From Oscillospiraceae bacterium (GTDB taxonomy: Bacteria > Bacillota > Clostridia > Oscillospirales > Ruminococcaceae), in the NCBI GenBank assembly GCA_022791315.1, contig JAAVYW010000060.1, positions 12,290 to 76,289 of the forward strand: a stretch of 64,000 bases of DNA. The letters are read 5' to 3'. The position numbers and the translations under genes were made by a program. This document shows, one piece after another, positions 1 through 8,759 of this stretch. The notes under the pieces were generated by a model, which was not told the origin of the DNA, ran no database searches, and saw nothing but the letters and a program-made list of their open reading frames with translations. Each line of letters starts with the position of its first letter. Positions within the stretch are counted from its first letter, which is position 1.

Positions 1-2
1 CC

Positions 3-542
3 GAGGAGATGGAGGAGCTCTCCTCCGCGGGCAAAATCGGGGTCAGCTGGGCCTCCTCTGGCGGTGAGGCCGCCGCCCTCCTGGGCGACAACTACCTGGC
101 CGCCGACGGCATCGAAAACGTCATCAAGGTGCTGGAGGATTTGGAGGACGACAAGTTCACCGACCTGGACTTTGTGGAGCTCAACGCCTGCTCCGGCGGC
201 TGCGTGGGGGGCGTGCTCACGGTGGAAAACCCCTATGTGGCAAAGGCGCGCCTAAAAAAGCTGCGGAAATATCTCCCCGTGGCTATGAACCACGCCGAGA
301 GCCTCATCCCCGAAATCCAGTGGGACAAAGAGCTGGAATACGCCTCTGTCCTCAGCCTGGACGACGACTTCCAGGCAGCCTTACATAAGATGAATGAGCT
401 GGAACGCATCGCCGGGGACCTCCCGGGCCTGGACTGCGGTTCCTGCGGCGCCCCCTCCTGCCGCGCCCTGGCCGAGGACGTGGTGCGGGGCCTTGCCAAG
501 GAGAGCGACTGCATCATGAAACTGCTGCGCAACGGGGAATAG
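3..542 (+). CDS. [FeFe]-hydrogenase-like protein, C-terminal part (N-terminus upstream of window)
   Basis: The frame is open to the window edge. The translation has an H-cluster-type NACSGGCVGG motif and a C-terminal CGSCGAPSC Fe-S motif. Confidence 0.6.
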   Translation, partial: EEMEELSSAGKIGVSWASSGGEAAALLGDNYLAADGIENVIKVLEDLEDDKFTDLDFVELNACSGGCVGGVLTVENPYVAKARLKKLRKYLPVAMNHAESLIPEIQWDKELEYASVLSLDDDFQAALHKMNELERIAGDLPGLDCGSCGAPSCRALAEDVVRGLAKESDCIMKLLRNGE

Positions 543-573
543 CAGCCCGGCATAGAAAAGGAGGAAACAACCC

Positions 574-903
574 ATGACAATCCGAGAGATGAGCGAGAAA
601 CTGTCCCTGGAAATTGCCTGCGAGGGGGACGACCTGGAGCGGGAGGTCACAAAGGTCTATTGCTGCGACCTGTTGAGCATCGTAATGGGCCGTGCCCCGG
701 CCGACAGCGCCTGGGTCACGGTGATGGGGAACATCAACGCAGTGGCAGTGGCGGTGCTGTGCGATGTCTCCTGCATCGTGGTGGCCGAACATATGGAGTG
801 CGACGCCCAGATGCTGCAAAAGGCCGAAACCCAGGGCGTAACGGTGTTAAAGAGCCAGCAGCCCATCTATGAGACCGCCGCCGCCATCGGCCAGCTGTTA
901 TGA
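574..903 (+). CDS. DRTGG domain-containing protein
   Basis: 109-aa ORF with AAGGAGGA SD upstream. Its sequence type and its position between hydrogenase-like and PHP genes are typical of DRTGG proteins. Confidence 0.55.
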   Translation: MTIREMSEKLSLEIACEGDDLEREVTKVYCCDLLSIVMGRAPADSAWVTVMGNINAVAVAVLCDVSCIVVAEHMECDAQMLQKAETQGVTVLKSQQPIYETAAAIGQLL

Positions 904-1619
904 CCGCCTACTACGACTTACATATGCACTCCTGCCTCTCCCCCTGCGGCGACGACGACATGACCCCCGGCAACATTGCAGGCATGGCCTATCTCAACGG
1001 CCTCAACGTGGTGGCCCTTTCCGACCACAACACCTGCAAAAACGTCCCTGCCCTCGTCGAGGCTGCCCGGCAGTATGAAAACCTGCTCATCGTCCCCGCC
1101 ATGGAGCTCACCACGGCGGAGGAAATCCATGTCCTCTGCCTCTTCCGCTCCCTGGAAGGCGCCCTGGCGTTCGACGCCTACGTGGAGCAGCACCTAATGC
1201 AGGTGGAAAACGACGTGGAGATTTTCGGCCACCAGGTCATCATGGACGGGGAGGATAACCCCACCGGCGAGTTCCCCTACCTGCTCATCAATGCCACCGA
1301 CATCTCCATGGAAGAGGTCTTCCCCCTGGTATCCTCCTTTGGCGGCCTTGCCGTCCCCGCCCATATTGATAAGCAGGCCAACAGCTATCTCTCCCAGTAC
1401 GGGTTCATCCCCCCCGACGCCCCCTTCCCCTGCTACGAGATGGCCGACCTCTCCCACCGGGAAGAACTCACAGCCGCCAATCCCGTGCTGGCGGGCAAAT
1501 TTTTCCTCAGCGATTCCGACGCCCACTATCTCCACCATATCCGGGAGCAGCTCTATTCCCTCAACCTGCCCTCCCTCACCCTGGAGAGCTTCTTCGCCGC
1601 CCTGCCTGTGTCAGAGTAG
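900..1619 (+). CDS. PHP (polymerase/histidinol-phosphatase) domain protein
   Basis: N-terminal YDLHMHSCLSPCGDD metal-binding motif. ATGA start/stop overlap with the upstream gene. Confidence 0.65.
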   Translation: MTAYYDLHMHSCLSPCGDDDMTPGNIAGMAYLNGLNVVALSDHNTCKNVPALVEAARQYENLLIVPAMELTTAEEIHVLCLFRSLEGALAFDAYVEQHLMQVENDVEIFGHQVIMDGEDNPTGEFPYLLINATDISMEEVFPLVSSFGGLAVPAHIDKQANSYLSQYGFIPPDAPFPCYEMADLSHREELTAANPVLAGKFFLSDSDAHYLHHIREQLYSLNLPSLTLESFFAALPVSE

Positions 1620-1774
1620 CCGTAAAAGCGTAAAAAGTAAACACCATCTTGAAAGCGCGTACGGGGAACCCTCTCTCCCTGTGCGCCTTTTTGCCCCCTT
1701 TTCCCCAATAAATCCTTTATTCCATTTGTTTTATAGATAAAATCACGAACTATCCCAAGAAAGAAGGGTATACC

Positions 1775-2959
1775 ATGAAAAAGCAGCTTCTTGCCGCCAT
1801 CGCCGGGATGCTCTGCCTCTGCCTGGTCTACAGCGGCTGCTCCTCCGGCTCTGGCTCCGCCTCCTATGACAACAGCGCCAGCGCCCCCTCTGCCAGCCAG
1901 GACACCAGCTCCTCCCCCAGCTATAGCATGTCTGAGGACGGGGGCGTCTCTGGCTGGGACGAGAAGGCGGAATGGGGGGAAGACATCGCCTGGGATGACG
2001 ACGCGGTAGAACCCACCCCCGGGGAAAGCGGCAGCAATTCCGCCGGAGACTTGGACCGCCGGAAAATCATCCGCAACGCCTATCTCTCCATCGAGACCAA
2101 GGAGTTCGACCAGTCCATTGCCCTCTTAGAGCAAAAGGTGGAGGAATACGGCGGCTTCGTGGAGTCCTCTTCCGTGGAGGGCAATACTTATTCCAGCAGC
2201 TCCCGCCGCAATGCCAGCTACCAGCTGCGCATTCCCGCCGGCAATTTCAGCGCCTTTTTAAATGATACCGGCGGCATTGGCAATGTCTATAACAAGACCG
2301 TGGAGAGCAACGAAATCACCGACCAGTATTTTGACACCCAGGCCCGCCTGGAATCCCTGCGGATGCAGGAGGAGCGCCTGCTGGAAATCCTCTCCAAAGC
2401 CGAGGAACTCACCGCGGTCATCGAGCTGGAGCAGGCCCTCTCCGATGTGCGCTATCAAATCGAAAACCTCACCACCACCCTGCGCAAGTACGACGGCCTG
2501 GTGCAGTATTCCACTGTCCACATCAACCTGGCGGAGGTCTACGAAATCACCCCCGTGGTGGAGATGCCCACCACCCTGGGCGAGCGCATCAGCCAGCAGT
2601 TCGCCGCCAGCACCGAGCGGGTGCGCCACAGCCTGGAAAACCTGCTGGTAGCTGTTATCGGCGGCCTGCCCCTGATTCTCTGGTTCCTGCTGTGGGTGGC
2701 TATCCTGGGCGGCATCATTACCCTCATCGTCTGGCTCTGCACCCGCTCCGCCAAGAAGGCCGCAGCCAAGCGCCCCCAGCCCTATGGCGGCTATCCAAGG
2801 CCTGGGGTTCCCCCTGCCCCCGGCGCAGCCCCCCACTACACCCCCGGCGGCTACGGCGCCCCGGCGCCCGGGGTTCCCACCCCCGGCGCGCCTGAGCCCA
2901 GCCCCCAGGAAACCCCCGACTCCGAAGAGCCAGAAACGCCGGAGGAAAAAGAAGACTAA
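1775..2959 (+). CDS. DUF4349-type lipoprotein with C-terminal TM helix and Pro-rich tail
   Basis: Lipobox-like signal (LVYSGCSS), a DRRKIIRNAYLSIET core typical of DUF4349, a coiled-coil segment, a TM segment, then a PG/PE-rich tail. Confidence 0.6.
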   Translation: MKKQLLAAIAGMLCLCLVYSGCSSGSGSASYDNSASAPSASQDTSSSPSYSMSEDGGVSGWDEKAEWGEDIAWDDDAVEPTPGESGSNSAGDLDRRKIIRNAYLSIETKEFDQSIALLEQKVEEYGGFVESSSVEGNTYSSSSRRNASYQLRIPAGNFSAFLNDTGGIGNVYNKTVESNEITDQYFDTQARLESLRMQEERLLEILSKAEELTAVIELEQALSDVRYQIENLTTTLRKYDGLVQYSTVHINLAEVYEITPVVEMPTTLGERISQQFAASTERVRHSLENLLVAVIGGLPLILWFLLWVAILGGIITLIVWLCTRSAKKAAAKRPQPYGGYPRPGVPPAPGAAPHYTPGGYGAPAPGVPTPGAPEPSPQETPDSEEPETPEEKED

Positions 2960-2971
2960 CCCCGCAGTGCC

Positions 2972-3008
2972 AAAGGGCCCGCCGCAGTGCAGCGGGCCCT
3001 TTGTACTT
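2972..3008 (+). terminator. Intrinsic terminator after the DUF4349 gene
   Basis: Stem AAAGGGCCCGC / GCGGGCCCTTT followed by a T-rich tract. Confidence 0.6.
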
Positions 3009-3025
3009 TCTGGAAAGGAGCCCCC

Positions 3026-4263
3026 ATGTCGCTCTCAAAATCCATTGATTTCCTGTTGGAAAACGGCGGGGACGTGCTGAAATACCGCCCCCACAGGGAG
3101 ATATTGCAGGACATCTCAAAGCCGCAGGAACAGGCCCTGCTGGAAAAAGTGCTGGAGACCCCTGCCTACAAGCTGCTTGAGCGCTATGTAAAGCCAAACG
3201 GGTATATCGGCATCGGCATGCACTCCTGGGATAAATTCAAGGAAACCCCGCTCCAAGACGGGGAGGCGGCGGCACGGCTCCTCTCCAACTATGCCATTCC
3301 CAAAAGCAGCCCTATTATCAAAAATTTCATTTCTTCCCTAAGAAACGACGAAATTCTTGAAAATGAATTCTCCTAAGAGGCCGCCCGTTTCCGTAACCGG
3401 CACCTGGGCCTTGCCAACGGCGGAGGCCTGATGGTGCTGGTGTATACCTGCCAGGCCCTGCTGGGCTATGGAGACGATGAAGAGGTCCTCCCCCTCCTAC
3501 CGTGCCTTTGAGAGCCTCCTGGGCATCACCTCCCTAGAGGACATCACCAGCTTCCACCCCCGCAGCAAGAAGAAATACAACTACCCCTATCTGGAGCAGG
3601 ACACCTATTTTCCCTGCCAATATAGTCAAAGCACTCCAAAACAGATACTTGTTTTGGAGTGAGCGGGCAGAGCGCGCGCTTTTGACTACGTAATGCGAAA
3701 CAGAGCCGCAAAAGCGGTTCTCTGCGGCCTCAAAGGCTGCAGACTTGAAAAGCACCGCTTTTCAAGTCTTTCGATTATACCACCTGGAAACCCTGGCCCA
3801 CACAAAGTCCTGGCGCAGCGAGGCGACGGTCTCTGCCTTTGCCCAGGCTGTCAACCACCATAGCCGGGTTGTGAAAGAGGGCAGCAACCTGCATGTGAAA
3901 ATTGGGGGCAGCTATTCTGTGCCGCTGTGGGCCTATCGCTATCCCTTCAAACCCTTTGAGCCCGCCAAGCCCGCCGGCACCGCCCTGCGCAAAACCCTGA
4001 CCCATCTGGCCATGGTCGGGGGCAGCCAAATTGACGTGGTGCGCCAATCCGCCGACGCAGTGCAGGAGGCCATCGCGCAGGACGGCGTCCTGCGGGTGAG
4101 GTTTGAGAGCCCCCACCACAAGCGCGTCTTCAAAAAGGCCCTGGAATTCCCCACCCCCTACAGCGAAATCGCCCTGGAACCCTCCCACAAAACCGATACC
4201 GCCCTCTGGTGCGAACTCACCTTCTGGGCCGTGCAGCTCCTGTCCATTCTGGGCGAAACCTGA
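3026..4263 (+). pseudogene. Decayed gene for a hypothetical protein of about 400 aa (in-frame stop, frameshift, hairpin-element insertion)
   Basis: Three ORF pieces lie in three frames (3026-3376, 3468-3662, 3745-4263). The protein-like sequence continues in frame after the TAA at 3374. The frame switches near a C-run at about 3490. The segment of about 150 nt at 3625-3777 is non-protein-like. Confidence 0.6.
3625..3777. repeat. Hairpin-string insertion inside the pseudogene (MITE-like)
   Basis: Consecutive palindromes: CTCCAAAACA..TGTTTTGGAG, AGCGCGCGCT, AGAGCCGC..GCGGTTCT, CTGCGGCC..GGCTGCAG and AGACTTGAAAAG..CTTTTCAAGTCT. The element is bracketed by TATA on both sides. Confidence 0.45.
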
Positions 4264-4402
4264 GCGCCCCTCTTGGCTTCTAGCCATATCCAAAACAAAT
4301 CCTTCTCCCTCTGCCGCCCAGCCCTGTGTATCCCCCGCACGCCAACGCCAGTTCCCCCATCCCCTGGCCTGACTCAATCCATCCGCAAAAGGAGGCATCC
4401 CC

Positions 4403-5215
4403 ATGTCCCACCTTCTGGAACCCTTTTTCCGGCAAAACGGCATCGAGTTTTCCGCCGCCCTGCCCTATGAAGATTCGCTCAAAGTCTTCCCCTGTGCCGC
4501 ATCCCGCCGCATCCCCGCGGGGAGCAAGACGGTTTTCCCCCTGCTGCTTCCCTACCGGGTGGCGGCTTTTTCCCGCCGCAACCTCTCCCTCTACGCCTGT
4601 GTGCGGGATTACCACCAGGTGGCGGCGGAGTTCCTGGGTGGCCTTTGCCGGGAGCTGGAAGCGCAGTATAACCACCCCTTCGCCGCCTTTTCCGACAGTT
4701 CCCCCTTTGACGAGGTATCCCTGGCCCACCGTGGCGCCCTGGGGGTGAAGGGGGAAAACGGTTTAATCATCAATGAGAAATACGGTTCCTATGTCTTTTT
4801 AGCCGAGCTTGTCACCCCCCTCCCCCTGCCGGAATACCCTGCCTACCATCCCGCCAGCTGCCCCGGCTGCGGGGCCTGCCGCCAGTCCTGCCCCGGCGGC
4901 GCACTGACGCCCCAGGGCTTTCTCCCCCAGCAGTGCGCCAGCTTTGTCTCCCAAAAAAAGGGTGCCCTCACCCCCCAGGAGCAGGCCCTCATCCGCCGCA
5001 GCGGCCTGGTCTGGGGCTGTGACCTCTGCCAAGAGTCCTGCCCTCTCAATCAAAACGCCGCCCTCTCCCAGTTCCCCCCCTTCCTCAAAAATCCCCTGGA
5101 ACGCTTCACGCCCCAGGACGCCCCCCGGCTGTGTAAGGAGTATGCCTTCGGGTTCCGCGGCCCGGCCGTCATCTTGCGAAATTACGAAATCCTTAATTGC
5201 GATTCTGATTTTTGA
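4403..5215 (+). CDS. QueG-like (DUF1730) 4Fe-4S epoxyqueuosine-reductase family protein
   Basis: CPGCGACRQSCP and CDLCQESCP ferredoxin motifs. The N-terminal region is of the DUF1730/QueG type. Confidence 0.55.
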   Translation: MSHLLEPFFRQNGIEFSAALPYEDSLKVFPCAASRRIPAGSKTVFPLLLPYRVAAFSRRNLSLYACVRDYHQVAAEFLGGLCRELEAQYNHPFAAFSDSSPFDEVSLAHRGALGVKGENGLIINEKYGSYVFLAELVTPLPLPEYPAYHPASCPGCGACRQSCPGGALTPQGFLPQQCASFVSQKKGALTPQEQALIRRSGLVWGCDLCQESCPLNQNAALSQFPPFLKNPLERFTPQDAPRLCKEYAFGFRGPAVILRNYEILNCDSDF

Positions 5216-5364
5216 GGATAATCTGGCTTTCTCCTGACCCTGCTGCGTACGCTCGACAAAATATCCCTAGGGATAGTGACAATGCGGGCGAAAAAGAGAA
5301 GAGTAGACAAAAAACGAGGATTGTGCCTGCCAACTGGCGGCACCAAAAGGAGGCGCGATAACCC

Positions 5365-7485
5365 ATGCTGGAACAAACACAGATGGAGCAGGAGCAGGTT
5401 CATCTTGCCCAGACCCAGGCAGAAATCGACAAACAGCTCTCCGCCTACGGGGAAGAGGCCGAGCTGTTGCGGCAGACCACCCGGGAGCAGCGCAAGTACA
5501 TCTGGGATAACCGGATTGACCTGGATTCCAAGGAGAGCTATTTTGAGGAAGCCGTGGCCGCCAAGTACACCGAATCCTTTGGCGAGACTTTTAATGAGTG
5601 GGTGCGCCTCAAACGGATGAAACAGAGCCCCTATTTTGCCCGTATCGATTTTGCCGAGCCGGGCGACCCGGCCGAGCAGGTCTATATCGGCTCCGGCTCC
5701 CTGGTGGACGACCGGAGCTTTGATGTCTATATCTATGACTGGCGTTCCCCCATCGCAGGCATGTACTATGATTTCGAGCTGGGCAGCGCCTCTTACCAGT
5801 GCGAGGCCGGGGAAATCAGCGGGGAAATCACCCTAAAACGGCAGTACCGCATAGAGCACGGCGTAATGAAGGAGGCATTTGACAGCTCTGTCACAGTGTT
5901 AGACGAGATTTTGCAGAGCATCCTCTCTGCCGACGCCCAGGAAAAGATGCGCCCCATTGTCACCACCATCCAGCGGGAGCAGAACACCCTCATCCGGGAG
6001 GAGGACTCTGAAATCCTCGTCATCCAGGGGGCAGCAGGCTCTGGCAAAACCTCTGTGGCGCTCCACCGGGTGGCCTACCTGCTCTATCGCCGCCGCAATA
6101 AGCTCAATGAGAGCAACATCCTCATCCTCTCCCCCAATGATTATTTCAGCGAGTACATCTCCGGCGTCCTGCCCGAGCTGGGGGAGAAAAATGTGCGCCA
6201 GCTCACCATGCCCCAGCTGATTTCCGCCGCCACCCCCCGCCAGGAGCAGGAGGAGCTCCCCGCCTATCTGGAGCAGGCCTATACGATTGGATACACCCCC
6301 GCCCAGCTGGAGGAAACCCGGCAAAAAACCTCTGCCCCTTTCACCCGTTTTTTGGAGGAACGCATTGCCCGCCTGACCCAGGAAGGCCCCTCCTTTACCG
6401 ACTTGACAGACGGCGAAGGCACTGTCATCCTCTCCGGGCAGGAGATGCAGGAGATTTTTTGCAGCTGCGTCCCCTCTTTCACCATGGTGCAGCGCCTGGA
6501 AAAAGTCTCCACCTACTTTGTCTCCCGTGCGGAAACCTATAAACAGCGCCGTCTCAGCGTCCTGCGCCAGCGCCTTCTGGCTAAAAACGGGGACAACTTC
6601 TACTTAGACAGCGCCGACCTGGACCGGGATGTGCGCCTGGCTTGGATGCAGCAGTACCATCAGCTCCGGGAAACCTTCTTTTCCTCTATCGCGCTGGACG
6701 AAGCAGCCCTCTATCAAGAGCTCCTCTCCGATTTCTGGGAGCCCAAGACCGGCGAAGCCTTTGCAAAGGCCTATGCCTCCGGCCGCCTCTCCTATCCCGA
6801 CGCCGCGGCCTTTGCCTATCTACGCCTGCTGCTGGGCCTCTGCAAGCCGGACGGGGACATCCTCCACGTGGTGGTGGACGAAGCCCAGGACTACAATTTC
6901 CTCCACTACCGGATGTTGGGCCGCTGGTTTTATAATGCCCGTTTCACCATCCTGGGGGACCCCTCCCAAATCCTCTCCCCCGCCCTCTTTGACAGCCGGG
7001 AGGGCTTCCAGTACATGCTGGACGCCTTCTCCCCCCGCCGCAGCGGCCTGAAAGCCCTGGAAAAACGCTACCGCTCCACCTGGGAAATCAACACCTTTGC
7101 CGATCGGATTTTAGGCCTCCAAGGGGAAAAAGTAGAGCGCCACGGCCCCACTCCCCAGGTGATAACGGTGTGGGATACGGCGGATTACGTCAAGCAGGCC
7201 TTCTCCCAGGCAGACGAGCAGGGCTGTGCCGTCATTGTAAAAACAGGCCGCCAGGCCACTGCCCTCCACCAGCAGCTGCGGGGCATTCCCGGCATCACCT
7301 GCATAGACGGCACTGCCCCCGTCTCCCTGGGCAAGCGCGTGATCCTTCCCGCCTACCTGGCGAAAGGCCTGGAATTTGACCAAGTAATCGTACTCACCCA
7401 AGGCTTTACTTCTCAGGACAATAACCTATTCTATGTCTGCTGCACCCGCGCCCTGCACCAGCTCACCATAGTCACCGAGGAATAA
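5365..7485 (+). CDS. helD: HelD-type UvrD-like helicase (RNA polymerase recycling ATPase)
   Basis: 706 aa with an N-terminal coiled coil, YFARIDF and IYDWRSPIA motifs, Walker A GAAGSGKTS, and a C-terminal UvrD_C-like end. Confidence 0.7.
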   Translation: MLEQTQMEQEQVHLAQTQAEIDKQLSAYGEEAELLRQTTREQRKYIWDNRIDLDSKESYFEEAVAAKYTESFGETFNEWVRLKRMKQSPYFARIDFAEPGDPAEQVYIGSGSLVDDRSFDVYIYDWRSPIAGMYYDFELGSASYQCEAGEISGEITLKRQYRIEHGVMKEAFDSSVTVLDEILQSILSADAQEKMRPIVTTIQREQNTLIREEDSEILVIQGAAGSGKTSVALHRVAYLLYRRRNKLNESNILILSPNDYFSEYISGVLPELGEKNVRQLTMPQLISAATPRQEQEELPAYLEQAYTIGYTPAQLEETRQKTSAPFTRFLEERIARLTQEGPSFTDLTDGEGTVILSGQEMQEIFCSCVPSFTMVQRLEKVSTYFVSRAETYKQRRLSVLRQRLLAKNGDNFYLDSADLDRDVRLAWMQQYHQLRETFFSSIALDEAALYQELLSDFWEPKTGEAFAKAYASGRLSYPDAAAFAYLRLLLGLCKPDGDILHVVVDEAQDYNFLHYRMLGRWFYNARFTILGDPSQILSPALFDSREGFQYMLDAFSPRRSGLKALEKRYRSTWEINTFADRILGLQGEKVERHGPTPQVITVWDTADYVKQAFSQADEQGCAVIVKTGRQATALHQQLRGIPGITCIDGTAPVSLGKRVILPAYLAKGLEFDQVIVLTQGFTSQDNNLFYVCCTRALHQLTIVTEE

Positions 7486-7500
7486 GCCCAATAACGTCCC

Positions 7501-7533
7501 AAAAGGCTCCCTTTTTAAAAAGGGAGCCTTTTT
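7501..7533. terminator. Bidirectional terminator after helD
   Basis: Perfect palindrome AAAAGGCTCCCTTTTT/AAAAAGGGAGCCTTTT. Confidence 0.75.
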
Positions 7534-7601
7534 ATAGTATAGTCTCTAAGTTTAATTCCCATTTATAATAATAATTATATATATTTTATAAACTTTTTTA
7601 A

Positions 7602-7635
7602 AAATACCTCCTACCCTGTGGGATAGGAGGTATTT
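7602..7635 (+). promoter_or_regulatory. Terminator-like hairpin that contains the SD of the XRE gene
   Basis: 11-bp stem AAATACCTCCT / AGGAGGTATTT. The 3' arm holds AGGAGG and runs into TTTTT just before the ATG at 7638. Confidence 0.5.
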
Positions 7636-7637
7636 TT

Positions 7638-8183
7638 ATGACAGTACTAATTACAACCAGAAAAAACATTGTCGCATTACGCAAAGCAAAAGGCCTGTCC
7701 CAAGAACAGCTGGCAGAGTATTCCAATATCAGTTCCCCGCTCCTGCATCATCTTGAAACTGGCTGTCAAAACACTACAATTGACACACTCCGCCGTATAG
7801 CAATTGCCCTGGGTGTCTCTCCGTTGGCCCTCGGCATCCTGTCACTTTCCGACAGTGAAATCCGGTCCGTCATTCAAAAGCCATCGTATACGCCGCCAGA
7901 GGTACGGTCCTTTCAAATCGGGGAAAATATTGCCCTGCTCCGGAAAGCCAAAGGATTCTCCCAGAGAAAGCTAGCGGAACTATCCCATGTGAGCGTTGCC
8001 CGCCTGCGGGACATCGAACACGGCTGCGCAAATGTTTCGCTAGCGCTTTTAGGGCGCATCGCCAAAGGCCTGGAAATCTCGCTGCCGGCCCTCGGCTCTC
8101 TGGGCCTATCTGACGAACAAGTATTGAGCCTGGTTTACCAGGCCAGAGCTGTGCTTGAAAATGGGGCCGCTCAAACAGTTTAA
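7638..8183 (+). CDS. XRE-family regulator with two tandem HTH domains
   Basis: Two internally repeated HTH_3-like units (LRKAKGLSQEQLAE... and LRKAKGFSQRKLAE...), each followed by an LG.L.LSD.E segment. Confidence 0.7.
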   Translation: MTVLITTRKNIVALRKAKGLSQEQLAEYSNISSPLLHHLETGCQNTTIDTLRRIAIALGVSPLALGILSLSDSEIRSVIQKPSYTPPEVRSFQIGENIALLRKAKGFSQRKLAELSHVSVARLRDIEHGCANVSLALLGRIAKGLEISLPALGSLGLSDEQVLSLVYQARAVLENGAAQTV

Positions 8184-8198
8184 CGCACAAACTCCAGA

Positions 8199-8227
8199 TT
8201 GACAAAAAACGACATTTCCTGTAAAAT
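8199..8227 (+). promoter_or_regulatory. SigA-type promoter, family A copy 1 mRNA
   Basis: TTGACA-17 nt-TAAAAT. Confidence 0.6.
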
Positions 8228-8309
8228 AAAGCTGTCCCCTTTTTGGGGGACAAGGCACTGCAAAAACGGTAGGCGGTTGGTCGATAACCTCCGAAAGGAG
8301 GTGAGACTT

Positions 8310-8396
8310 ATGCGGATTACTTTCCATATTGGGCCTTTCAAGGTTACAATCACGATTAGTAAACCGGCAGACAAAAACCGCCACTCGGCCAAGTGA
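8310..8396 (+). CDS. 28-aa peptide MRITFHIGPFKVTITISKPADKNRHSAK (family A, copy 1)
   Basis: GGAGG SD 8 nt upstream, itself paired in a CCTCC-GAAA-GGAGG hairpin. The stop codon lies inside the terminator stem. The peptide is identical in copy 2 despite 2 synonymous changes. Confidence 0.45.
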   Translation: MRITFHIGPFKVTITISKPADKNRHSAK

Positions 8397-8405
8397 CGGT
8401 TTTTA
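8372..8405. terminator. Bidirectional terminator shared by the family A copy 1 RNAs
   Basis: AAAAACCGCCAC-loop-GTGACGGTTTTT, with an A-run upstream and a T-run downstream. Confidence 0.65.
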
Positions 8406-8457
8406 AGATAAATTAAAAATCCACTACCAGGCCAACCGCTTATCGCAGTGCCTTTTC
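8372..8457 (-). ncRNA. Predicted convergent small RNA of about 85 nt (family A, copy 1)
   Basis: Bounded by the minus-strand TTGACA-17-TATAAT promoter and the shared terminator. Only an 11-codon ORF without SD is present. Confidence 0.45.
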
Positions 8458-8463
8458 ATCCTT

Positions 8464-8492
8464 ATTATACCCATATTCGCTTCATATGTCAA
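8464..8492 (-). promoter_or_regulatory. SigA-type promoter for the copy 1 small RNA
   Basis: On the minus strand, a perfect TTGACA-17 nt-TATAAT. Confidence 0.65.
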
Positions 8493-8513
8493 TCCCAAAT
8501 ACTATATCGGGAA

Positions 8514-8542
8514 TTGACAAATCCTGACGAAACAGGTAAAAT
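8514..8542 (+). promoter_or_regulatory. SigA-type promoter, family A copy 2 mRNA
   Basis: TTGACA-17 nt-TAAAAT. The spacer is unrelated to copy 1. Confidence 0.6.
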
Positions 8543-8606
8543 AAAGGCAAGGCACTGCAAAAACGGTAGGCGGTTGGTCGATATCCTCCGAAAGGAGGTG
8601 AGACTT

Positions 8607-8693
8607 ATGCGGATTACTTTCCATATTGGGCCTTTCAAGGTCACAATCACGATTAGTAAACCGGCAGACAAAAACCGCCACTCGGCTAAGTGA
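8607..8693 (+). CDS. 28-aa peptide, identical to copy 1 (family A, copy 2)
   Basis: Same SD-masking hairpin and terminator-embedded stop as copy 1. The only differences are GTT/GTC and GCC/GCT, both synonymous. Confidence 0.45.
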   Translation: MRITFHIGPFKVTITISKPADKNRHSAK

Positions 8694-8703
8694 CGGTTTT
8701 TTG
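8669..8703. terminator. Bidirectional terminator, family A copy 2
   Basis: AAAAACCGCCAC-loop-GTGACGGTTTTTT. Confidence 0.65.
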
Positions 8704-8753
8704 AAATAATAAAAACGTAACTTAAGGCCAACCGCTTATCGCAGTGCCTTTTC
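8669..8753 (-). ncRNA. Predicted convergent small RNA (family A, copy 2)
   Basis: Bounded by the minus-strand promoter at 8760-8788 and the shared terminator. Confidence 0.45.
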
Positions 8754-8759
8754 ATTTTT

